Source of the DNA: Saprospiraceae bacterium
Lineage (GTDB): Bacteria > Bacteroidota > Bacteroidia > Chitinophagales > Saprospiraceae
Length of the DNA stretch: 64,000 nt
Assembly (NCBI GenBank): GCA_022842725.1
Contig: JALHOZ010000001.1
Span: forward strand, 149,309-213,308
Reading direction: 5' to 3'
The stretch's first letter is position 1; each line of letters starts with the position of its first letter. The position numbers were made by a program, and so were the translations under genes. The notes below the pieces were generated by a model. It did no database searches, had not been told where the DNA came from, and worked only from the letters and a program-made list of their open reading frames with translations. Shown in pieces: positions 19,541-28,241 of this stretch.

Positions 19541-19942
19541 CTAAAAAGGCAGTAATTCTACATCTTCCGTTTCTTCGGTTTCTGTGGATTCACCTTGAGA
19601 AGTCACTTTTTTGGCGTGGAGGTAGTAGTCCTGAACTACAATTTCAGTAACCATTCGGTTAACACCGTTTTTGTCTGTGTAGGTGCGATACGTCAGCTTT
19701 CCGGCAACAGCGATTTCATTTCCTTTTTTGACATTTTCGTGAAATGAAGCCGCTGTTTTACCCCAGACCACAAGGTTGTGCCAATTGGTTTCCTCAACCT
19801 TTTCGCCTTGTGCGTTGAGGTGGTAATGATTGGTTGCCAAAGACACACTGGCCTTTTGCATACCGCTTTCGAAAGAAACCATTTCGACCTCCTTTCCTGT
19901 TTTGCCTACTAAATGGACAAAATTTTTCATTCTTACATTCAT
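19541..19942 (-). CDS. ssb: Single-stranded DNA-binding protein with canonical acidic tail
   Basis: OB fold (VHLVGKTGKEVE ... TNWHNLVVWGKTAASFHENVKKGNEIAVAGKLTYRTYTDKNGVNRMVTEIVV) and an acidic tail ending TEETEDVELLPF. The start may be the ATG at 19930 (MKNFVH). Confidence 0.85.
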   Translation of the reverse strand: MNVRMKNFVHLVGKTGKEVEMVSFESGMQKASVSLATNHYHLNAQGEKVEETNWHNLVVWGKTAASFHENVKKGNEIAVAGKLTYRTYTDKNGVNRMVTEIVVQDYYLHAKKVTSQGESTETEETEDVELLPF

Positions 19943-20039
19943 AATATTTGTTTTTACGTCCGCCTTGTCATGTATAAAGACGAACAGGTTATAAAAAAAA
20001 ATTCAACGGGGCAAAATTGCAGCAGAATTGACATCCGAA

Positions 20040-20110
20040 ACGTTTTTTATACGTTTAGATACGTTTATAAACGTTTGTATATGTTTGCAAACGTTTATAA
20101 ACGTATAACA
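20040..20110. repeat. Seven tandem ~10-bp ACGTTTATAA-like units containing a perfect 17-bp inverted repeat
   Basis: Units start at 20040, 20051, 20061, 20071, 20081, 20091 and 20101. The palindrome ACGTTTATAAACGT occurs at 20061..20074 and 20091..20104. ACGTTTATAAACGTTTG (20061..20077) is the exact reverse complement of 20088..20104. Confidence 0.9.
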
Positions 20111-20239
20111 TTATGTTATTATATTGATTATCAATGTAATACGAAATTAAATATCAAATTGATTAATTGTATCATTTCCTAATAATATCTTATTATAAAC
20201 AAAATATTATCCCATCATTTTTATCAATGTTGCCCATCT

Positions 20240-20719
20240 ATGTACGTACCAAAAAAAATATTGATGGTTTGTCTCGGAAATATTTGCCGGTCACCTTTAG
20301 CCCATGGCATTCTCGAAGCAAAAATAAAAAAATATAAACTGGATTGGATTGTCGACTCGGCAGGAACATCGGGTTGGCATGACGGAGAACCACCTGATTT
20401 GAGAGCTTGCAGGGTAGCAAAAAATTTCGGAATCTCCATAGATCACCAAATTTCCCGAAAAATAACCCGCAAAGATCTTGAAACATACGACCTTATATTG
20501 GCCATGGATGCTCAGAATTATCAGGATATTTTAAAATTGGCTCAACAATATGACTTGTCTCCCCGTATCGAAATGCTGATGAATCTGGCTTACCCCGGTA
20601 AAAACCAACAGGTACCGGACCCTTATTATGATGGTCGTTTTGAGGAAGTTTATCAACTGTTGGACGAAGCTTTGGAAAAGTACATCCAAGGTATTGTTAA
20701 AAACGTTGAGACTATTTGA
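20240..20719 (+). CDS. Low-molecular-weight protein-tyrosine phosphatase
   Basis: The P-loop CLGNICRSP matches the C-X5-R-S motif near the N-terminus. A DP general-acid motif (VPDPYY) is present. The ORF is 159 aa. Confidence 0.9.
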   Translation: MYVPKKILMVCLGNICRSPLAHGILEAKIKKYKLDWIVDSAGTSGWHDGEPPDLRACRVAKNFGISIDHQISRKITRKDLETYDLILAMDAQNYQDILKLAQQYDLSPRIEMLMNLAYPGKNQQVPDPYYDGRFEEVYQLLDEALEKYIQGIVKNVETI

Positions 20720-20722
20720 TTA

Positions 20723-22222
20723 TTACATCCATTTTTTGACACTCGACTCAATTTTGTACAAACAATAATCGGAGAGTACATTTGCTTCATCTATGGTGAT
20801 ATAGGGAATATACACACTGCCGGAGGCAAGATGGAAAGTGATATCAGCCAGGTTTTTCCTTCTTTGATAAGGAGATTGGCTGATTTCTATGCCCTGAATT
20901 TTAATAACCGGAAAAATGACGTTTTTTTCACCGAATGCGCCGCCTCTGATGACTATGGTGTCCTCTTTGATACAATAATTTTTTTTCTTATACTGCAAAT
21001 ACCTGCTTAACACAGAAACACCATAAAATACGGTAAGGACCAATAAGGGAAAATATATTTGAAGCCACAATAATATAAATAACACAATACTGTACATAAC
21101 CGTCAAAATGACAAAAAATCTTCGGAAATAGGCCGGTTGAATTTTTTTACCACTACTTTTTGGAGGTAGGTGAACTTTAAAAATGGTCCTACACAAATCT
21201 TCAGTTTTTGTTGTATTCATGCCCGGAATGAGCGGATTTTGCCGTTTGTTCATTTCATGCGAAGCTGCCTGATGCAATCGTACATCATAATAACCCAATT
21301 GTCGCTTCAACAGATTGTCACTCCAACTGATCATTTGAATTTTTTGATCCAATGCAGACGTTTCTTTTTTGGTAAAAAGTCCAGCCACCATATGAAAACC
21401 CTGACTGACCCTGATAAACCGCAAATCAAAAAAGGCAATCACAGACCGCACCATAGATATGATCACGGAGGCCAACAAAAAAAGAATGGTCAGATAAATA
21501 TAAAACCGGAAGTCGGAACCGGGAGCAACTACCTCCTGATAATATTCGTCAGCATCAACGCCCAGGTCTTTAATATTGTCGTATAACCATGCAAGAAAAA
21601 TCAGGATGACACCACCGGACTTTAAATGATTTCTTGTCAGTCCGACTTTCATAAGATCTCTCATACCAACCTGCAAAATAATCTCTTGGGATGCGACCGT
21701 TTGTGGTGTGGCTGCAACATCTTTTGTTTGATTTTTTTCAACCAGCTTTTCTTTGTAAGTCAAAATCGTGTTTCGGAGCCATGCTGCTTTATCTTTTTCA
21801 ATAGCATAAAAGTCTATTTCTGTTTTGTCACTACCAGCTGTATCCATTTTCAGTTTGACGACGTTAAGCACGGTATGAAAGATATTTTGTTCAAACTGTA
21901 CGGATTGTATCCTCTCAAAAGGTATATTGGTTTTGGTTTTTTGCAGCACACCCTTTTCCAGATACAATTCATTATCATGGATGTAGTAATACGTTTTAAA
22001 ATAGTTGATAAAGGAAAATATCATCGCTACCAATGTGACAACTACTACAGCAATCAACAGATACGAAGTATTTTCATGGTCAGATTTTCCTCTGAATAAG
22101 AATACCAGTAATGCCGGCCATATTCTTGTAACAATATTGTAAATGGTCTTTATCAGTATAAAAAGTATGGCCAGAGGAGATTCCCTGTTTGGGACAGTCA
22201 GGTCAAAACTATTCTTCTTCAT
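20723..22222 (-). CDS. YdbT-like membrane protein with repeated bacterial PH (bPH_2) domains
   Basis: 499 aa with alternating TM hairpins and three PH-like modules (for example LYLEKGVLQKTKTNIPFERIQSVQFEQNIFHTVLNVVKLKMDTAG, and ...QSPYQRRKNLADITFHLASG). Confidence 0.7.
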   Translation of the reverse strand: MKKNSFDLTVPNRESPLAILFILIKTIYNIVTRIWPALLVFLFRGKSDHENTSYLLIAVVVVTLVAMIFSFINYFKTYYYIHDNELYLEKGVLQKTKTNIPFERIQSVQFEQNIFHTVLNVVKLKMDTAGSDKTEIDFYAIEKDKAAWLRNTILTYKEKLVEKNQTKDVAATPQTVASQEIILQVGMRDLMKVGLTRNHLKSGGVILIFLAWLYDNIKDLGVDADEYYQEVVAPGSDFRFYIYLTILFLLASVIISMVRSVIAFFDLRFIRVSQGFHMVAGLFTKKETSALDQKIQMISWSDNLLKRQLGYYDVRLHQAASHEMNKRQNPLIPGMNTTKTEDLCRTIFKVHLPPKSSGKKIQPAYFRRFFVILTVMYSIVLFILLWLQIYFPLLVLTVFYGVSVLSRYLQYKKKNYCIKEDTIVIRGGAFGEKNVIFPVIKIQGIEISQSPYQRRKNLADITFHLASGSVYIPYITIDEANVLSDYCLYKIESSVKKWM

Positions 22223-22733
22223 CGGAAGACATTTTTTTCATGATATGGTTTTTGATTGCTGCTGCGTCTTCCGGACTCAAACCCGGAATGGTCAGGTCAC
22301 TTGCACTTCCTCCGGCTGTATACAGCGTGACCGAAGACAAACCAAACCATCTGTCTATGGGGCCTTGCTGAATTTCCGCGTGCTGCACTCTGTTGAAGGC
22401 AACGATAAGTGTACTTTTGAAAAAAATACCGGTTTTAAACAAAATGTCATGTTGTCTCAAGGCAAAACCTTTGTTTTTCCAGGCATTAAAACCCATCCAG
22501 GTAATCATTCCGGTGAGGGCAATCACTAATACAATGATACCAATATTCAAAGGAAAAACCCTGACTGACGGAGAAAAAAAGAATAAAACAGCGCAACCCA
22601 ACAAAACAATGAAAGAAAAAATCAAACTTTCTGTTTTCAACAAGGTATGGTAACGTTGATTCAAATGCGTAAAAATCACATCCTCTGTGCGCGGAAGCTG
22701 GCTGACATCCTGAATTTCATTGGTAAATTCCAT
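22209..22733 (-). CDS. YdbS-like PH-domain membrane protein
   Basis: 174 aa with a TM hairpin and one bPH_2 module (FKSTLIVAFNRVQHAEIQQGPIDRWFGLSSVTLYTAGG). It overlaps the ydbT-like gene by 14 nt, the usual YdbS/YdbT pairing. Confidence 0.7.
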   Translation of the reverse strand: MEFTNEIQDVSQLPRTEDVIFTHLNQRYHTLLKTESLIFSFIVLLGCAVLFFFSPSVRVFPLNIGIIVLVIALTGMITWMGFNAWKNKGFALRQHDILFKTGIFFKSTLIVAFNRVQHAEIQQGPIDRWFGLSSVTLYTAGGSASDLTIPGLSPEDAAAIKNHIMKKMSSDEEE

Positions 22734-23527
22734 TGTTTTGTTGTTGTGAAAGAATAACAGATTTTGAAGGCAAGTGTTTAATCATGTTTTTCATCCACCG
22801 ATTTGGTTATTTACTTTATTTTTAGAAATAAACCATAATCATCGTAAATATCTTCGATAGTAATTATAAATAATACCTTTTGGTCAATATTTCCTGAAAA
22901 GATCTTCCCTGCATTGAAAAAGCAGGGGATCCCAATACATTCATTTCGAAATGAGGTGATTCTTTATCATAAAATTTATATGTTTTTTCTTACCTGTTTT
23001 TAAATGAAAGTAACTTGTAATTTTGGATTCGATTAAACTTATATAATGAAGTGTTTACCGTTTCTTTACAAATGGGTTTTACCTTCAATAAGTCCTTTTT
23101 TGTTTAATCTGCATATCATCCAGGAGTCTGATATCTCCGTTTTTCATTCTTTCGACCAATTCATTGTCTGAATGTTTCATTATGCACGGGTGTTAGCTGA
23201 AAAATAAAGTAAAGTTATATATATTCCTTGAAAAACCAAATATCGAATCTTCTGTAAGATAAAAAGCCTATCCTCTGCTAATGTATATACAAATTGATAA
23301 TCGCAACCAGAATAGATAATGGAAATATGGTTGGCCAAAAAAATATTCAAAGATTTCAATGTTCCATTCGACCAAATACAGAACTTAGAAGGTAAGTATT
23401 ATTAATCACGGTTCTCTTTACTTTGAAAAAATGCTTTTCACCTGATGGTTTTTGAACGAATTTATAGATGTTTAGTCTCAATATACCGGAAAATTACTAA
23501 TATTGTCCGATCAAAATATTTAGACTT

Positions 23528-23827
23528 TTGAAAAATCTTTTTACCTCATTTTTGTTTCCTCTCATCCTGATCGTTTTCACGATGGCAATTTGGCTTCCAT
23601 GGTTTGTCACGTCTGAAAACGAACCTGACCGGGTTTTAAAAGCGATACAAAGTGACAAAACACTGGTTCAGCAAGACACAAACAGAGAAAAATTATATTA
23701 TCAGGCTCAATTTGTACTGGCGCCTGAGGTGTTGTCCTGTACTTTGCCAAAGGATTCGTCTCACAGGATAGATTGTGAAAAAGTTTCTGATGGGCAAAAA
23801 ATTTCTTTAACCATTTTGAATCAATAA
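23528..23827 (+). CDS. Hypothetical small membrane-anchored protein
   Basis: 99-aa ORF with a TTG start and one N-terminal TM helix. The first ATG is at 23582. It ends 4 nt before the next gene. Support is weak. Confidence 0.4.
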   Translation: MKNLFTSFLFPLILIVFTMAIWLPWFVTSENEPDRVLKAIQSDKTLVQQDTNREKLYYQAQFVLAPEVLSCTLPKDSSHRIDCEKVSDGQKISLTILNQ

Positions 23828-23831
23828 AGGA

Positions 23832-25124
23832 ATGTCAGTATTGGTTACTCTTCTTACTTTTGTTGATATCATTTTACTTTTTTTGGGTTTTTTGATTTGG
23901 GGTCAAAAGAATTATTATCCTGTTTATTTTACCAACACCATAGCCGTTCTGGCTGGTCCGGTAATCACAGGGACTTTGTATTCCTTATCGCTGTTTTTTT
24001 CTTTGGATTACGAATGGTTATTGTGCCTGCCTTTGTTGATGATTTTTCCGGGTATTAAATATTTTAACGACAAAAATATCAGGTTTACTTTTCCGGATTA
24101 TCGTTTTTTGTGGATTGTTTGGGTCGGAATCCTTGTTTTTTTGTTGTTTACAGAAAGATGGGGTGGATGGGATGCCTGGGCTATCTGGAATCTTCACGCA
24201 AAATTTTTATTTTATCCTGAATCCTGGACATCCATGTTTCACCCGAATCTGGCATGGTCACATCCCGATTATCCGGTATTACTTCCGGCTATGGTTGCCT
24301 CGTTCTGGAAAGCTTTCGGAGGTATCCATGCTTTTGTTCCCGCTATGGTATCCATGATTTTTTACCTTTTAATCTTATATGTATTGTATTCCGTTTGTAA
24401 ACCTTATGAAAGCGTCGGAATATTGCTTATGGTGGCTCTGTTGTTAGATGTTAATTTCATAAATTTGGTATCTTCTCAGTATGCCGACAGTTTTTTAGCT
24501 TTGCTTTTATTATTGATCGTACTATTGCAAACCGAAAAGCCGGCTAATTTCCATTTCTGGTCAGGTATTTTGGTTTCAGTCGCATTGTCGGTCAAAAATG
24601 AAGGTTATGTCTTTTTGTTGGCAATGTCTATCTATATGTTTTTATACGAAAAAAACAGAATTTCTGCTTTTATGTCCTTTTTTTCAGGTCTTATACCTTT
24701 GGTAATACCTGCTTTGTACTTTAAACTGGTTTTTGCCCCAACGAATGATCTTGTCGAAGGGCAATCGGTTTCTGTTTTTGACAAATTACTTTCGCCTTAC
24801 CGTTATTTTCATATCCTACGGTTTTCGTTGGAAACGTTGTTTACCAAATACTACACTTTTGTTTTGTTAGTAATCTTGCTCCGAAAGTTTAACACATCCA
24901 TCAAAAAAGAATGGTTGATTCCGGCGCTCATCATCGGCTTTTACTTATGTATTTATCTGATCACACCAAGGGATTTACTTTGGCATATGTCAACGTCGAT
25001 GAAAAGATTGTTTCACCACGTATATCCTGCTGTTTTGTTTTTACTGATCAAAAATATTGATTTGGTTGCCGTCAACGATTTTTTGAAAAACAAATATTTA
25101 TCGTTGACCGGCAACAAAACATAA
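23832..25124 (+). CDS. Polytopic membrane protein, possibly a GT-C-like glycosyltransferase
   Basis: 430 aa with more than 10 TM helices. A loop motif (RWGGWDAWAIWNLHAKFL ... WSHPDYPVLLPA) is reminiscent of ArnT/PMT-like families. The assignment is tentative. Confidence 0.45.
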   Translation: MSVLVTLLTFVDIILLFLGFLIWGQKNYYPVYFTNTIAVLAGPVITGTLYSLSLFFSLDYEWLLCLPLLMIFPGIKYFNDKNIRFTFPDYRFLWIVWVGILVFLLFTERWGGWDAWAIWNLHAKFLFYPESWTSMFHPNLAWSHPDYPVLLPAMVASFWKAFGGIHAFVPAMVSMIFYLLILYVLYSVCKPYESVGILLMVALLLDVNFINLVSSQYADSFLALLLLLIVLLQTEKPANFHFWSGILVSVALSVKNEGYVFLLAMSIYMFLYEKNRISAFMSFFSGLIPLVIPALYFKLVFAPTNDLVEGQSVSVFDKLLSPYRYFHILRFSLETLFTKYYTFVLLVILLRKFNTSIKKEWLIPALIIGFYLCIYLITPRDLLWHMSTSMKRLFHHVYPAVLFLLIKNIDLVAVNDFLKNKYLSLTGNKT

Positions 25125-25129
25125 AATAT

Positions 25130-28100
25130 TTATTCAAAATCCGATTTGGTTTTGACTTCCACCTGCGGAGGAATCAATTTGTACAAAACCGGAGTCACCA
25201 AACGACTCAACAATGTACTGGTGATTAATCCACCAATCAAAACCTTAGCCAAGGGACTAATCAATGGAGAATTTTCAAGAACTAAAGGTGTCAAACCTCC
25301 GATAGCTGTCAAAGATGTCAGTAAAATGGGTAAAAACCTGGTTTCTGCGCCGTCCATCACAGCTTCATATAATGGCATTCCTTTTTCCCGTAAGGAATTG
25401 GTATAATCGACCATCAGAATGCTGTTTTTTATTTCGATTCCTACAAGGGCGATAATGCCTACTGTTGCAACAAAGGACAATGATTCTCCGGCTAAATATA
25501 AGGCGAGCAAGGCACCGATAATTCCCATCGGAATGACACTCAAAACGATCAGGGTAGACTTAAAGGTTCTGAATTCGAGGATTAAAATTGCCAGCAAACC
25601 AAAAACAGTCACAATAATGATGGTGCCCAATCCTCCAAATGATTCTTCGCGGGATTCTCTTTCTCCGGCGGCAACAACCCTGTATCCTTTGGGCAACACC
25701 AGTTTTTCATCGATATTAGCAAGGATTTCTGTAGTCACTTTGTCTGTGTTGAATTCTTTTTCGACAAAACTGCTTACTAAGGCATATCTTTCTTTGTTAT
25801 AATGTAAAACGGTGGAGGAAGAAGGCAAAAGCGATATTTCTGCTACTTGTTTCAGGGGGACCAAAGCACCACTTAAAGAAGTGATATTGATCTTTTCAAA
25901 GGTTTCGATGGCATTAAATGTGTTTTCCTGAAGGCTTACCCTCAATGGAAATTCGTCTCCCTCATCATTTTTTATGTTGCCGACATCAATGCCTGCCATA
26001 GCCAATCTAATGGTTTTGGCTATTTCTGCGCCGGTTAGCCCAAACAACCCGGCTTTTTCTTTGTCAATTTCCACCACCAGATCGTTGCCCTGATATTTTA
26101 AATCGTTACGGACGTACATGGTACCTTTTGTATTCAATACAATGTTTTCTACCTTACTGCTTAAAGTTTGTAATGTATCCAGATTATTGCCCAATATCCT
26201 GATTTCAACCGGTGCTGAGATGGGAGGACCTTGCTGAAAACGTTTTACTTCAATCCTTGTCCCGGGTATACCGGACAAAGTTTTTCTCGTCTTTTCTGCA
26301 AAAGCCACAATCTCAGGAACCTTGGTTTTGGGATCGAGATAAATGATGATTTGTCCCAGGTTTTCGGCATTTTGTTTCTGGAATTCATTGTAGTAAATAC
26401 GTGGATTTCCTTTGCCTGTGTTGGCACTGATATGATGCACTTCCGGCATAGCCAGTAACTTTTTTTCGATATTTCTGACTGTTTTGTCGGTATGTTGAAG
26501 GCGCGATCCGGGCTCTGTTTCGATGTCGACGGTTATTATGGGTTTTTCTGATTCGGGAAACAAACTAAAACCCAATTGTGGTACAAGTAATAAAGAAGCA
26601 GCAAACAATCCGCCGGCAATCATAAGCGTCACATAAGGTTTTTTCATACACCATTCCAACAGGCGCTGGTACGGAGAATTGATATATTTTTTAAAGGCAT
26701 TAAAAAAGAAATTACCTTCAGCATGACTTTGTTTTTCGTGAGCTTTCAAAAAAATGCTCGATAAAAACGGGATGATGGTCACAGAAACAAATAAAGAAGC
26801 GAGTACTGTAACCATGACAGCCATCGGCAACGAGCGAATGAAATCGCCTGAACCTTCAGGTAGGTTTGCCAAGGGCAAAAAGGCTAGTAATAAGGTGGCT
26901 GTACATCCCAGGATGGCAACCATAATGTGGTTGGTGGCTGAAATGGCAGCTTCTTTGGCAGAAATACCTTTTCGCATATATCTTTCAATGTTTTCGACCA
27001 CAACAATACTGTCGTCCACCAGCAGCCCCAGGGAAATTACCATACCGACAATACTGAGTTGATTTAAGGTATATCCCAACATATCCAGGGCAAAAAGTCC
27101 GATACTCAGGGACAATGGAATAGAAATCATGACCACCAAAGAGGCTCTGGTACCTAAAGGTAGCAAAGTGAGTAAAACCAGAAAAATAGCGATCAAAAAG
27201 TCTCTTCCGAGTCCGGAAAGTCGGTTTTTTACACCTATTTCCTGATCAAAAGACTGCTCCATCGTTACACCTTCCGGCAAATCTTTTTCGAAAGCTTCGA
27301 GAACCTTTTGCATTTCTTTTCTGGTCGTGATGATATTTTTTTTGTCTTTCATTGCGGTGTTGACCCAAATGGCTCTCCTTCCGTTGTATCTTGCGATGTG
27401 ATCAAACTTTTCATGGTCGGGATATATATTTGCTATCTGACCGAGTTTGACGATTTTTCCTTCTTTACTTACATGAACCACAGCATTTTTAATATCTTCC
27501 ACATCTTCAAATTCGGTTGTTGCTTTGACATTGTATTTTCTGTTGGACAAATCCAGCGATCCTCCGGGAATATTGATATTATTTGCCTGAATCAAACCCA
27601 AAACCTGGTTTAAACCCAGTTTCATGGCTGCCATTTTTTCAAGATCAAGGTCGATTTTAATCATTTTTTCAGGTGTTGCCTGAACTTCCGACCATTTGAC
27701 ATCCTTGATTCTTTCCATTTGTTTTTCCAGATTTTCACCCAATTCTTTCATGGTCTGAATGGATACCGTATCACTGATAATGGCTGTCTGCAAGATAGCA
27801 ACATCGCTGCTTGCGGCCTTTTTGATATCAAGAAGGACAATGCCTTCGGGCAGATCAGGACGAATTTTGTTGATTTCCCGAATGACATCATTGTTTTTTG
27901 CTTCGACATCAACGCCATAATTAAACTCTGCCAACATGACGACCAAACCATCTTTGATGGTAGTTTTGATTTTTTTAACGTCGCTCAATTGATAAATTTC
28001 TTCCTCAATAGGATCTGCGATGAGATTTTCCATATCTATCGGATTGGTGCCCGGATAAACCACGACAATCGAAAAAATCGGTGCACCAAAAGGAGGATCC

Positions 28101-28207
28101 TCACCTCTTGGCATATTGAGCAGTGCATTGACACCCAAAACCATCACAGCAAAAAATACAACCAGGGTAAATTGCCAGTTTTTGACAAAAAATTGATTAA
28201 AGTTCAT
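25130..28207 (-). CDS. RND efflux transporter permease (AcrB/HAE family)
   Basis: 1025 aa with 12-TM RND topology and two large periplasmic loops. Typical segments include GLLVDDSIVVVENIERY and SVIPMGIIGALLALYL. Confidence 0.9.
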   Translation of the reverse strand: MNFNQFFVKNWQFTLVVFFAVMVLGVNALLNMPRGEDPPFGAPIFSIVVVYPGTNPIDMENLIADPIEEEIYQLSDVKKIKTTIKDGLVVMLAEFNYGVDVEAKNNDVIREINKIRPDLPEGIVLLDIKKAASSDVAILQTAIISDTVSIQTMKELGENLEKQMERIKDVKWSEVQATPEKMIKIDLDLEKMAAMKLGLNQVLGLIQANNINIPGGSLDLSNRKYNVKATTEFEDVEDIKNAVVHVSKEGKIVKLGQIANIYPDHEKFDHIARYNGRRAIWVNTAMKDKKNIITTRKEMQKVLEAFEKDLPEGVTMEQSFDQEIGVKNRLSGLGRDFLIAIFLVLLTLLPLGTRASLVVMISIPLSLSIGLFALDMLGYTLNQLSIVGMVISLGLLVDDSIVVVENIERYMRKGISAKEAAISATNHIMVAILGCTATLLLAFLPLANLPEGSGDFIRSLPMAVMVTVLASLFVSVTIIPFLSSIFLKAHEKQSHAEGNFFFNAFKKYINSPYQRLLEWCMKKPYVTLMIAGGLFAASLLLVPQLGFSLFPESEKPIITVDIETEPGSRLQHTDKTVRNIEKKLLAMPEVHHISANTGKGNPRIYYNEFQKQNAENLGQIIIYLDPKTKVPEIVAFAEKTRKTLSGIPGTRIEVKRFQQGPPISAPVEIRILGNNLDTLQTLSSKVENIVLNTKGTMYVRNDLKYQGNDLVVEIDKEKAGLFGLTGAEIAKTIRLAMAGIDVGNIKNDEGDEFPLRVSLQENTFNAIETFEKINITSLSGALVPLKQVAEISLLPSSSTVLHYNKERYALVSSFVEKEFNTDKVTTEILANIDEKLVLPKGYRVVAAGERESREESFGGLGTIIIVTVFGLLAILILEFRTFKSTLIVLSVIPMGIIGALLALYLAGESLSFVATVGIIALVGIEIKNSILMVDYTNSLREKGMPLYEAVMDGAETRFLPILLTSLTAIGGLTPLVLENSPLISPLAKVLIGGLITSTLLSRLVTPVLYKLIPPQVEVKTKSDFE

Positions 28208-28241
28208 GTGTTTTTATTTTTAATATCAAAAAACCGGTTTG

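Noticed and set aside
20040-20110. CRISPR array or minisatellite interpretation of the 10-bp repeats
   Set aside because: The units are only about 10 bp, contiguous and without spacers, and the total is about 70 bp. There are no cas genes. The array lies in a divergent promoter region, so I treat it as a regulatory or structural repeat.
23085-23180. 31-codon minus-strand ORF resembling the N-terminus of an ECF sigma factor (MKHSDNELVERMKNGDIRLLDDM)
   Set aside because: Only about 20 residues of loose resemblance, followed by a stop. I could not find a convincing continuation in any frame, which is too little to call a pseudogene.
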